Source of the DNA: Squalus acanthias
Taxonomy: Eukaryota
DNA length: 64,000 nucleotides
Assembly: GCA_030390025.1 (NCBI GenBank)
Contig: JASTWF010000048.1
Coordinates: forward strand, 620,001-684,000
Direction of reading: 5' to 3'
The translations under genes were made by a program, and so were the position numbers. The notes beneath the pieces are model-generated. The model worked only from the letters and a program-made list of their open reading frames with translations, ran no database searches and was not told the origin of the DNA. Of the stretch, positions 11,298 through 22,672 are shown in pieces; positions within the stretch are counted from its first letter, which is position 1, and every line of letters starts with the position of its first letter.

Positions 11298-12380
11298 ATG
11301 TTTCATGAAGCTCATTATCTATTCTTGATAGCTGCATTAATCCCACGTAAGGCAAAATAACAAACTTAAAAGAATAATGTATTATAATGTGAGCTGTGTT
11401 TCAGTTGATTGCTTTCTTGCCACCGAGTCAGAATGTCGCGGATTCGAGTCCCAATACAGAAATTGAGCAACAAATCAAGGCTGACGCTCCCAGTGCCAGT
11501 GAATAGGGAGTGCTGCAATGTCGGAGGGGCAGTAGTGAGGGAGTGCTACACTGTCGGAGGGGCAGTACTGAAGTTGTGCTGCAGTGTCGGAGAGGCAGTA
11601 CTGAGGGAGCGCTGCACTGTCGGAGGGGCAGTACTGAGGGAGCGCTGAACTGTCGAAGGGTATCTACTGAATGTGGGCTGCAGTGTCGGAGAGGCACTAC
11701 TGAGGGGATGTTTCACCGTCGAAGCGGGAGTCCTGAGGTTGTGCCGCACCGTCGGAGGTTGCATCAGTCGGATGTCACGTTAATTAAAACTTCCCTCTCA
11801 GGTGGACGTATGTTATCCAATATTTAACCCGCAACCAGAACCTACAAAAATACCCAGTTTTCTCATTGCACTTCGTGGAATCTTGCTTTGTGAAAATTGA
11901 CTGTCGTTATTCCTACATTACAAGAGCGCGTAAACTTAAAAAAGTTCTTCCTTGGTTGTAAAGTGCTTTGGGACGTCCTGTGGTCGCGAAACATAGTGTA
12001 AAAATGTATTTATTTCATTATATGTTGTCACTGTTCTATTCAATTATTAACGGAAATAAGAATGTAATCGATGTTCCTTTCGACAGGAATACTCGCCTCG
12101 TACGTGGAGCAGTCGCCTTCTATCCTATCGATTGGAGCAGGAGAGTCGACCACGCTCAGATGCACGCTGACGGATACTGGCTATACCAGAATGTACTGGT
12201 ACAGACAACAACCCCACCGGGCATTAGAAGCTCTTTTCTATTCTGCTGGAGCAGCTGCTGTTACGAGCTACACGTCCGAGTCTTTTAAGGCCGAAAGAAG
12301 CAGCAATACGCTGTTTACTTTGGAACTGAGCGCCGCCTCTCCGTCTCACACCGCTGTCTATTACTGTGCTTGTAGTATCG
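11298..12380 (+). CDS. TRBV: TCR beta V segment V3, intact (leader 11298-11346, V exon 12087-12380)
   Basis: Leader MFHEAHYLFLIAALIP|gtaagg; ILASYVEQSP..LRC..MYWYRQ..LFYSAG..FKAERS..HTAVYYCACSI. Confidence 0.92.
11392..12015 (+). mobile_element. tRNA-derived SINE (SacSINE1/DeuSINE-like) with an internal 33-bp tandem amplification, in the V3 intron
   Basis: Decayed A/B-box head; repeats of ctgagggagcgctgcactgtcggaggggcagta; L2-like tail gctttgggacgtcctg. Confidence 0.7.
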
Positions 12381-12419
12381 CACAGCGTTTGAGAAAGCGG
12401 CTCCCCAGCTACAAAAACC
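12381..12419 (+). other. 23-RSS of V3
   Basis: cacagcg + 23 nt + acaaaaacc. Confidence 0.95.
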
Positions 12420-12456
12420 TGCAGCGGATGACTGGAAGTTCAGTGCTCATTTTCCG

Positions 12457-12470
12457 CCAGCAGGTGGCAG
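12457..12470 (+). promoter_or_regulatory. CTCF-like motif just 3' of the V3 RSS
   Basis: ccagcaggtggcag matches CCASYAGRKGGCRS. Confidence 0.6.
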
Positions 12471-13529
12471 CACTAGATGGAAGTTCAGTGCAAATTTTCT
12501 GCTACCAGGTCATTGCATCATGGAATGATCCAGTACGGAAGGAGGCTATTCGGACCATCGTGCCTGTACCGGCTCTTTGAAAGAACTATCCAATTAGTCC
12601 CACTTCCCCCTGCTCTTTCGCCATATTGCAAATTTTTCCATTCTCTTATATATTTAATTCCGTTATTAAAGTTATTCTTGAATCTGCTTCCACCGCTCTT
12701 TCAAACAATGTATTCACGATTATAACAATTTGCTGCGTAAATAAAAAATCTTCCCTCTGATTCGTTTGCCAATTACTTTAAATCTGTGATCTTTGTTTAC
12801 CGTCCCTTCTGTCATTGGAAACTGTTTCTCCTTATTTAATCGAATCAAAGCTTATATGATTTTGAACACCGCTGTCAAATTTTCGATTATGGTTCTCTGC
12901 TCTGAGGAGAACAAATTCAACTTCTCCACTCTCTCCACCTAACTTAACTTCTGCATTCCTGGTGGCAGTCGAGAGAATCTCTTCTGCGCCCTCTCTGAGG
13001 ATTTGACATTAATTTTTCTCCATTTAGTTCATATTGCAAATTGACAGCTCGATATGCAACTTGAGAACTGACGTTTCGCCACCAGATGCCAGCTCGAGAT
13101 AGATGCTCAGTGCTTATTTCCGCCACAAGTTGGCAGCACTTGTGTCATGCGCACCTTGACAATGTTGTTAGACGGTCGGCCCTTTTGTACGTGCGCTCGC
13201 GGCCTTTTTAATCGGCGTCATTGGCTGGAGGGATTGAGGCAGAACAGGTTTCAACACAGAGCAAGACTCAGCTCACGTTGCACAGTATCAGCGTTGGCTC
13301 AGTGGGTAGCACTTTCCTCTCTGAGTGAGAAGGCCATGGCTTGAAGTTCAACGCCATCGGCATGAGCCAATCATTCAGGATGACACTTCAGTGCCTGCAC
13401 TAAGGCAGTGTCGCACTGTCGGAAGGGCAGTACTGAAGGAGTGTTGCACGGTCGGAGGAGCCATCTTAAAATCGTCTGCCCTCTCGGGTGAACAAAAAAG
13501 AAGAATGAAAGAAAGACTTGCCTTTCTAT

Positions 13530-15230
13530 AGCACTGTTCAAAACGACAGGACGTCCCAAAGCGCATTACGGCCAAATAAATACATTTGAAGTATAGTCTG
13601 TTGTAACGTAGGGAACGTTAAAGTCAATTTTTGCACAGCAAGCTCCCACAAACAGCAGTAAGATACATGATTAGTCAATCTTTTTAGTGATGTTGTTTGA
13701 GGATATATATTGGCCCATGAAATCGGGGAGAATGCCCCTGCACATCCTCCAATAGTGTCCGTGGGCAGATGGGGCCTTGTTTTACGTCTCTTTCGAAAGA
13801 AGGCACCTCCGACAGTCCAGCGCTCCCTCAGTACTACCCATCTGACAGTGCATGCACCCTCAATACTGCGCCTCCGACAGTGCAACGCTCCCTCAGAACT
13901 GCCCCTCCGACAGTACAGCGCTCCCTCAGTACTACCCATCTGACAGTGCATGCACCCTCAATACTGCGCCTCCGACAGTGCAACGCTCCCACAGAACTGC
14001 CTCTCCGACAGTACAGCGCTCCCTCAGTACTGCCCTTCTGAGAGTGCAGCACTCCCTCAGTACTGACTTCTGACAGTGCTACGCTCGCTCAGACCTGCCC
14101 CTCCGGCATTGCAGCCCTCCCGCAGTACTGCCCCTCCGACAGTGAAACGTTCACTCAGTATTGCCTCTTCGAAAATGCAGCAGTCCCTCAGTACTGCCTC
14201 TCTGAGAGTGCAGTGCTCCCTCAGTACTGCCCCTCTGAAGGTGCGGCGCTACCTCATTAGTACCACTCCAACAGTGCAGCCCTCCCTCAGTACTGCCTCT
14301 CCGACAGTGCATCACTCCCTCAGTACTGCCTCTGCGACAGTGCAACGCTCCATCTGTATTGCCCCTTCCACAATGCAGCACTTCCTCAGGACTGCCCCTC
14401 CGACAGTGCAACGCTCCCTCAGTACTGGGCCTTCGAGAGCGCAGCCCTACCTCAATATTGCCCTTCCAACAGAGCAGCCCTCCCTCAGTACTGCCTCTCC
14501 GACAATGCAGCGCTCCCTCAGTACTGCAGCTCCGAGAGTGCAACACTCCCGCAGTACTGCCCCTCAGACAGTGCAACGATCCCTCAATACTGCCCCTCCG
14601 ACAGTGCAAAACTCCCTCAGTACTTCCCCTGCGACAGTGCAGCGCTCCCTCAGTACTGCTCCTCTGACAGTGAAGCGCTCCCACATTACTGGCCGTCTGA
14701 CAGTGCAGATCTCCCTCAGTACTGTCCCTCTGAAAGTGCAGCCACAACTCAGTACTGCCCCTCTGACAGTGCAGCACATCCTCAGTACAGCCGCTCCGAC
14801 AGTGCAGTGCTCGCTCAGTACTGCCCCTCCGACAGTGCAACGCTACCTCAATAATGCCCCTCCGATAGTGTAATGCTCCCTCAGTACTTCCCCTTTGACA
14901 GTGCAGCGCTGCCTCAGTACAGACCGTCTGACAGTGCAGTGCTCCCTCAGTATTGCCCCTCTGAAAGTGAAGCGTGCCCTCAGTACTGCCCCTCTGACAG
15001 TGCAGCGCTCGCTCAGTAATACCCCTCTGACAGTGCAGCGCTTCCTCAGTACTGCCCCTCTGACAGTGCAGAGCTCCCTCAGTACTGCCTCTCCGACAGA
15101 GCAGAGCTCATTCAGTACGGGTGCGTGCAGTGTCGTCTTGAGTTATGTGCTTGTGTCTCTTATGTGGGGCTCGAACCCCCAGCCTTCTGATTAAGTGTCG
15201 ACAGCACTATCTGAGACACGGCTGACACGT
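13530..15230 (-). mobile_element. Antisense SINE carrying a ~1.3-kb 33-bp minisatellite (13805-15120)
   Basis: Unit ccgacagtgcagcgctccctcagtactgcccct; tRNA-like head at ~15165-15225. Confidence 0.85.
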
Positions 15231-15311
15231 GACTTCAGTATATGACGCTTCAAATATAATCCGAGACTCCGGCGGTGGAAGGACCATTCTGTCCTTGTAC
15301 CGGTACTAAAC

Positions 15312-15863
15312 ATGCTTTGTGAAGTGTCTTATTTAATCTTGTCGATTGGTTTAATTTCTGGTAAGTTTAAACAATGCGCCAATCCACTAGCAGGAGTGTC
15401 GGTAAACAGAGGACACAGTATGAATGTGACTGAGGAAAGAGCTTGGGTGGTAGTGGGACTAATGGATAGCACTTTGAAAGAGCCGGTACAGGCAATATGG
15501 ACAGAATGGCCTTCTTCTGTACTGTATCATTCTAACAAAACAAATCTGACTCTTTCCTCCATTTGACAGAAGTATCTGCTTCGTTCGTTGACCAGTCGCC
15601 GCAAACTGTGTCCGTTGGCTCAGGAAAATCGGTCGTAATGAGATGTATCCTGAGGAACACTAACTATCGCAACATGTACTGGTACCAACAAGGGACAAGC
15701 CGGGAACTCGTTGCTCTATTCCGTTCAGCTGGGACCGGCCACGTTTCAAATTATACCTCCGGACCGTTTAAAGCCCAGAGACCCAGCGACACCGAGTTTA
15801 CTCTGGAACTCACCGGAGCCTCTCAGTCGGACACCGCCCTCTACTTCTGCGCGTGCAGTGATG
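15312..15863 (+). CDS. TRBV: TCR beta V segment V4, intact (leader 15312-15360, V exon 15570-15863)
   Basis: Leader MLCEVSYLILSIGLIS|gtaagt; VSASFVDQSP..MRC..MYWYQQ..FKAQRPS..DTALYFCACSD. Confidence 0.92.
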
Positions 15864-15902
15864 CACGGCGTGTGAAAACACCACCTCTCTGTGACAAAAA
15901 CT
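15864..15902 (+). other. 23-RSS of V4
   Basis: cacggcg + 23 nt + acaaaaact. Confidence 0.9.
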
Positions 15903-16941
15903 CCCTGAACCAGAACCAGAGGAATGCGATGGTTTCAACCGCCAGATGGTGGCGCTGTGGCCCGTCGAAACCCGCGAACACCCCGAAGGGACCCTTCCGA
16001 CCGTTCATTCATTCCCCGCAGATCGGGATGTTTCCCATTTGATCCACTAGATGCTAACTTCATGTAAACATTGTGAGAATCTGGACGTTTTTAGTTGGAG
16101 AAACCACTTCTGGTCTAACTTCCAATATTTCCATTGTAGCCGAGAATTGATCGATATTTAAAAAAAAGTTAGCTTTCATTTTGTTTGTAACATTGCTTTC
16201 CTTTCTCTCTTTCTTGCTTCTGCCTCTCTCTCTATCCATCTCTCTTCCGCTCTTGCTCTCTTTATCTCTGTCGTGTCTCTCTGTCTGTATTTCTCTCTTT
16301 CTCTCATTATCTCTCTGTTTCCCTCTATCTTGTCTCTCCAGGTGTTTTGTTCAGTCTGTCTCTCTCACTGACTCATTGTCTCTCTGTCGCTCTCATTTTT
16401 TCTACCTCCATTTCTGTGTGTCTCGTCTCTCTTTCTCTCATTCTCTCTCTGTGTTTCTATGTATGTTTATCGTCGTGTATGTCTTTCTGTCTCCCTCTGT
16501 CTTTCTCTCCCTACCTGTCTCTCTGCCTCTCTCACCCTCTCTCTCACATTCTCTCTCTTTCTCTACCTCATTTCACAATTCGTTCTGAACCTCGATCTCT
16601 ACACGGTAGCAGCGGTTTTATTACCGTCTCTAGAACCTTACATTAATTAGTTTCCTTCTAAGATCTTTCAGATCCAGATTCAGCTAGCTTTTATTTGCCG
16701 TTGTCACTTTTTAGTTTGACGCCATTATAATTTTATCAGTTCAATAAATCCGACGTATAATTGCTCTTAACCTGTTGAGTAAATATAAGCAAGAAGTTAG
16801 CACCGCAATTTGAGGAAAGTAATTTGTTACTTTCCTTTACTCTCTCTTCTGCTCCTGCCTCAGTCCCTTTCATATTCCCTGTCAACCTCTATTGTCCTCT
16901 CACGATCGATCTCCCTTAATGTTTTTAAAATAATCTTTCAG

Positions 16942-17248
16942 ATGTTCGTTCCCAACGACTCTTCGTCCAGAGCCCGTCGGCCACCGTCCATGTTCCAGGG
17001 GACGAAGCCGTGTTCTACTGCGGCATCAGGCAGGGCAATTTGAGTAACTATTGTTTGGCCTGGTACGTGCAGATCGTTGACCGCCTTGATTGGATCAGAT
17101 CAGTTGTACTTCCTGCATCTAACTACAGAAAAAGCTACTGAATTCTATTACGAGACTAAAAATAACACTTTCACTCTTTCCCTGAAAAACATTCTGGTCA
17201 GGAACAGCGGAATATATTACTGTGGGGCCAGCGAGGATGCGTACAGTG
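16942..17248 (+). pseudogene. V5 pseudogene, related to the V-delta-like V6; frameshifted, RSS destroyed
   Basis: Acceptor tttcag, then VRSQRLFVQSP..VFYCGIRQGNLSNYCLAWYVQ..LDWI, a frameshift near 17139, then NNTFTLSLKN..SGIYYCGASED; heptamer remnant tacagtg at 17242-17248. Confidence 0.85.
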
Positions 17249-17835
17249 TTCTGCGCCGAGTGTCTCACCTCCTGACTCCCCAAAGCCTTTCCACCAACTA
17301 CAAGGAAAAAGTAAGGAGTGCGATGGAATACTCCCCACTTGTCTGGATGAGTGAAGCAGCAACAACACTGAAAAAGCTCGACACCGTTCCAGGACAAAGC
17401 AGCCTGCTTGACTGGCACCCGTTCCACCACCTTAAACATTCACTCCCTCCACTACCGGCACACAGTGGCTGCAGTATGTCCCATCTACAAGATGCACAGC
17501 ACCAGCTCGCCGAGGCTTCTTCGGCAGCACCTCCCAAACTCGCGACCTCTACCTCCTAGAAGGAGAACTGCAGCAGGCGCATGTTTATACCACCACCTCC
17601 AAGTTCCCCTCCAAGTCACACACCATCCTGACTTAGAATTATATCGCTGATCCTTCATCTTCGCTTTGTCAAGATCCTGAAACTCCCTCCCTAACAGAAC
17701 TGTGCGAGTACCTTCAGCACACGGACAGCAGAGGTTCAAGTACGAGGCACACCACCACCTTTTCAAGGGTAATTAGGGAGGGACAATAAACGCTGCCCTT
17801 GCCAGCGATGCCCACATCCCAGAAACGAATTTTTA
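17249..17835 (+). mobile_element. 5'-truncated LINE (CR1/L2 group) 3' end abutting the V5 heptamer
   Basis: YK..VRSAMEYSPL.W..LKKLDT RT C-terminal motif, followed by a 3' end that recurs elsewhere in the window. Confidence 0.8.
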
Positions 17836-19340
17836 AAAAGTGTCATAAGAATTCAGGGGATCTACGCGAAAACTCTACATCGTATAAAGTCCCATTCCCC
17901 CCAACTCCTCTGTGCTCGCCGATATACTTTGGCTCCCAGTTGAGCAACGCTTCCATTTTAAAATTCTCATCCTCGTTTTCAAATCCCTGCCACCCTATCT
18001 GTGTAATCTTCTCCAACTCTACAACCCTTCTAGATATCTGCACTCCTCCTACTCGGACCTCTTGTGCATCCCCGATTTCCATCTCTCCATCATTGGCGGC
18101 CGTGACTTCAGCTGGCAAAACCATAATCTATGAAATTCTCTAATCCCTAAAACTCTCTATCTCTCTCTCCTCCTTTAAGGCACTCGTTAAATCCTACCTA
18201 TTCGACCAAGATTTATGTCACCTGTTCTAATCTATCCTTATGTGTTTCGCTGTCAGATTTTGTCTGATAACTGTGTAGTTGGTTGGGTCAGTTGGTTTTA
18301 CTACATTAACGGCGCTGCATAAATGCAATTTGTTTTTGTTGTAAAGTCATCTCCGCAAGCGTCAATAGGAAAGAACAATAACCAATAAAATTACTGAGCA
18401 AGTCTGTCTACTCAATGCTGATTACTCGAGAGTTGTTCTGTGATTGATTGATAGCTATCCACACTGAAGTTTACAACCAAAATACAGAGGAGAATTCGCC
18501 TCATCAGTCCATCTGGAGTAGCATGCATTTCTCTCGGAATTAGAATCAACAAACTTATAATTTACTGCACATTCTTCCATTTTCAATCTATTTTCTTGCC
18601 TATTGCAATGCAATTGACACCGTGTACGTTCCTACTAACTGATATATTAGTCTTAAGTATCAACACTGCAGAAAAGTGAGCGGAATATCCTGGAAATGCA
18701 GCAGTGCTTCTCCCGATCACACACCCTTTTCTCGAGGAAAGGGGTTTCGCTGCTTAATCAAAGCATCAGATTAATGCTAATTATATCGGGTCTCATGCCA
18801 GTAATAAAATAATTTGTTGTTTTATTAATGGCGACAGAAAGTAAAAGCAAGTCTAGACGTCTATGCACTTACAAGTAGGCTATCCATCGGGGACTACGAA
18901 CTTACTAACCAATCCAGGGGAGTTCTCAGCGCAGAATACCAAAGTATTGATGAAAACAATAGAGATTTATGCACCTTAAAGACAGATGCGAAGCAGTCAG
19001 ATTACTTGTCTGAACTTATCAGTTTTGCGATTACTGTCATGTGATCCTTAAGTTTCATATGCTACCACGCTAGTAGATGGCGATGTTGCACCACGTCTAT
19101 TCCAGTCTCAATGGATATTCAATAGAAGATGAGATAATTTAGGAAAATGCTATAAATATAAAATTTGACCAGGTAACTAGCAGTTCAAATGTAAACATGC
19201 TCTCTCCAAACTAGGCTATAATTCTTTGCACAAATATATTGATTCTTCTTTAGTGTCAAACGCGATGCATCCTGCTTGCTTAGCTTTGGACTGTGGAACC
19301 GTAAAGTCCTAATCTAATCCTTCTGTTAGCCTCTATCACA

Positions 19341-19902
19341 ATACCTTGAGTATTGTGTGCAGTTTTGTTCGACTTATCTGAGGAAGGATGTTCTTGCCAT
19401 GGAGAGTGTGCAGCGAAGATTCACCAGAATGATACCTGGGATGGCAGGAATGACGTACGAGGATCAATTGTCTAGATTGGGCTTATACTCGCTGGAGTTT
19501 AGAAGATTCAGAGGAGATCTCATTGAAACTTATAAAATTCTAACAGGGCTAGACAGACTGGATGCAGGAAGGATGTTCCCGATGGCGGGTGAGTCCAGAA
19601 CAAGAGGCCACAGTCTAAAGATAAGGGGTAAGTCATTTAGCACAGAGATAAGGAGGTATTTCTTCACCCAGAGAGTGGAAACCTGTGGAATTCTCTACCA
19701 CAGAAGGCAGTTGAGGCCAAGTCAGTAAATATATTCAAGAAGGAGTTAGATATATTTCTTCAGGCTAAAGGTATCAAGGGATATGGGGAGAAGGCAGGGA
19801 CAGGGTACTGAGTTTGGATGATCAGCCATGATCTCATCGAATGGCAGAGCAGGCTCGAGGGGCCGAATGGCCTACTCCTGATCCTATCTTCTATGTTTCT
19901 AT
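19341..19902 (+). mobile_element. CR1 LINE 3' fragment, absent from the duplicate copy
   Basis: ESVQRRFTRMIPG..LGLYSLEFRR.RGDLIETYKI; ctatgttt tail; empty site at ~58310. Confidence 0.88.
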
Positions 19903-21390
19903 GTAATTAGGAAAGCTAATAGAATGTTATCGTTCATTGCGAGGGTAATTGAATACAAAAGTAGGGAGGTTATGCTTCAGATATACAGGGCACTGGTGAG
20001 ACCACATCTGGAGTACTGTGTACAGTATCGGTCTCCTTATTTGAGGAAGGATGTAAATTGGTTGGAAGCATTTCAGTGAAGGTTTACTAGACTAACACTT
20101 GGAATGGACGGGTTGTCTTATGAGGAAAGTTTGAACAGGCTAGGCTTCTATCCGCTGGAGTTTAGAAGAGTAAGAGGTTACTTGATTGAAACATATAAGA
20201 TCCTGAATAGTAAGGACAGGGTGGATGTGGAGAGGATGCTTCCTCTTGTGGGAGAATCTGGAACTAGGGGTCACCGTTTAAAAATAAGGAGTCGCCCACA
20301 TAAGACAGAGATGAGGAGAATTTTTTTTCTCACAGAGTGTCGTGACCCTTTGGAACTCTCTTCCTCAGAGGGCGGTGGAAGCAGAGTCTTTGAATATTTT
20401 TAAGGCAGAGGTAGATTGATTCTTGTTAAGCAAGGGGGTGAAAGGTTATCGGGGGTAGGCGGGAAAATGGAGTAATCGGATCAGCCATGATCTTACTAAA
20501 TGGCAGAGCAGGCTCGAGGGGCCAAGTGGCCCACTTCTGCTCCTAATTCGGATGTTCGTACGTATGTTTGGATAAATGCTCATATTACAAAGATATTAAT
20601 ATTGACGTCAGTATTGTGAAGCATTTTTTACCGTTATGTTAAATGCTAAATACCTGCTAAATGATATAAATTTAAAGGGGGTGCACGGAGAGAGAGACCT
20701 GGAAGTGTTTTTGGACTAATCTTTGAAGGAGACACGACAGAACATGACACATAACCAAGCAGTTAATAAAACAGATGGTATCCTGGGCTTTATAAATAGA
20801 GTCATACAGTACAAAAGCCACCAAGTTATGCTAACCCCATATAAAACAATAGCTCGGCCCCATGTGGAGTATTATGCCCAATTCTGGGCACCACACTTTA
20901 GGAAGAACGTGAATACTTTGGAGAGGGCACAGAAGAGATTGAGAAGAATTATTCCAGGGATACGGTTACGTCGATAGACTGGGCACGCTGGTGTTGTTCC
21001 CCTTAGAGCAAAGAAGGCCGAGAGGAGGTTTGACAGAGGTTTTTAAAATCATCAAGAATTTTACAAGTGTAAATAGGGAGAGATTGTTTCCAATGGCTGA
21101 AGGGTAGATAACCAGAGGGCACAGATCTAAGGTGATTGGCCAAACAATCGTAGGCGACATGAGGAATATCTTTTTTACGCAACGAGTGCTTAGTATTTAG
21201 AATACACTGCCTGATTGGGTGGTGGATAAAGATTCAGTGGTGGCTTTCGAAAGGGAGTTGCATAAATCCTTGTAGAGGAAAAATTGCAGGGTTACGGGGA
21301 AAGCGCGGGGGAGTGCCCTTCGTGTGAATCGGCGCATACTCAATATTCCGAACGTTGTCCTCCTGCACTGTACTATTCTAATAGTCTGTG
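19903..21390 (+). mobile_element. Two further tandem CR1 LINE 3' fragments
   Basis: LVRPHLEYC and LEFRRVRG.LIETYKI motifs; ARPHVEYYAQFWAPHFRK motif. Confidence 0.85.
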
Positions 21391-22043
21391 ATGTTATACA
21401 CTCTCCTGCCCGTCCCTCTCGCGTTCAGGTTATGGCGGGAAAGGGTGGTGTATCTTCAAGGCCATCATAGTATGAGATCGGAGCGGGCTAAATGCAACAG
21501 AAAGAATGGAAGGGACAGAACGAAGGAAAGACCGATGAAAAGCAGACATAAAGAAACGTCGAATAGAAAGAAGGAAGCAAAGAAGGAAAGAAAGAAAGAA
21601 GGAATGCAAAGTGGGAAAGAAAGAAGGCAAGACAAGTCAGTAAGAAGGAGTGATTTCATAACCCAGCCCATTTCCCTAGTATTACCAAACATAAATGTTT
21701 CAGGTCTATGCGGAAAGAGCAGGGGAGTGGGACTAATTGGACAGCTCTTTCAACGATCCTGCACAGGCACGATGGGCCGAATGGTCTCCTTCTGCGCTGT
21801 AAGATGCTACGATTTGACGCTACGGTCTTCCACCTACGTACACAATTTGGCAGAAACAATGCTATCAAAGGAAATGTTTCTCATTTGTTCATACTTTTGA
21901 CATGGGTGGTCCAAGCAGACGATTGGCTGGTCAGTCCTCCCGCGTAATTCATCACCACCGGTGGCAGCACCGTTGAGGAGAGCAATTGTACTGCTGACAC
22001 GCTGTCGCTAAGTAACGCTGCCTGTCATCCCCGGGGAAGGGCG

Positions 22044-22672
22044 ATGTGTTTCTCAGCGAGAATGTTCTTAATCTTGGTCACCTTATCACTCGGACATTTG
22101 ATCTGTTGTAAGTACTATGCATTGACATATCAATTGCAAACAGTAAATGAAAGAAATTGCAAGTGGAAGTAGATTCAGTAATAACTTTCAAAATGGAATT
22201 GGATCAATACTTGAGTGCTGGGGTGGGTGGGGGTATTTGAAGGGCTGCAGGGAAGTGGGAATAACTGGAGAGCTCTTTCAAAGAGGCGGAATGGTCGGCT
22301 TCTGTGCAGTAAGATTCGACTAACAATTTTCCTTCTATGATTCTAACATATTGTCTTTGTTCAAACCTAATCCAGGGGTTCGGGCTGCACCCACTGTGGT
22401 CCAGTCTCCAGCCGCGGCCGCTATTCTACCGGGAAAGCCGCTCACTTTCATGTGCAGTTTGGAGGGAGCGAGCATGGGCAGCTACACCATGCACTGGTAC
22501 AGGCAACATGGAGAGACAATACAGTGGATTTGCAATGAGAACAGCAGGTGTGGGCCCAGTTTCGAGAATCGATTCAAAGTGCACCTCGACGCAGCAAACA
22601 ACCAGTTCACTCTGCAGCTGGAAGCCTCCGAGCTGACAGACTCTGCGACCTATTACTGTGCGGCGTATTTCG
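22044..22672 (+). CDS. V6: intact TCR V segment of atypical (V-delta/Ig-like) type (leader 22044-22107, V exon 22376-22672)
   Basis: Leader MCFSARMFLILVTLSLGHLIC|gtaagt; VRAAPTVVQSP..FMCSLEGASMGSYTMHWYRQ..WICNENSRCGPSFENRF..NNQFTLQL..DSATYYCAAYF. Confidence 0.9.

Noticed and set aside
14076-14873. Long ORFs with 11-aa repeats (STAPPTVQRSL / ALPQYCPSDSA), also at 26626-27609 and 60263-61300
   Set aside because: Read-through of a 33-bp SINE-internal minisatellite; open in several frames on both strands; not mucin genes
13805-15120. gacagtg/cactgtc in the 33-bp unit as RSS heptamers, or the array as a CRISPR
   Set aside because: The + strand motif lacks the essential first C and has no nonamer; the units abut with no unique spacers; the DNA is vertebrate
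16181-16650. Leu/Ser-rich membrane-protein-like ORFs (also 7961-8340 and 55152-55628)
   Set aside because: CT-rich low-complexity intronic or intergenic sequence
15903-16941. NARTCR-like V-D-J-V cassette between V4 and V5
   Set aside because: No D, FGxG J segment or 12-RSS is seen; a decayed leader-like stretch (..HLIHWMLTS|gtaaac in copy 2; ~16030-16063 here) may be V5's own leader
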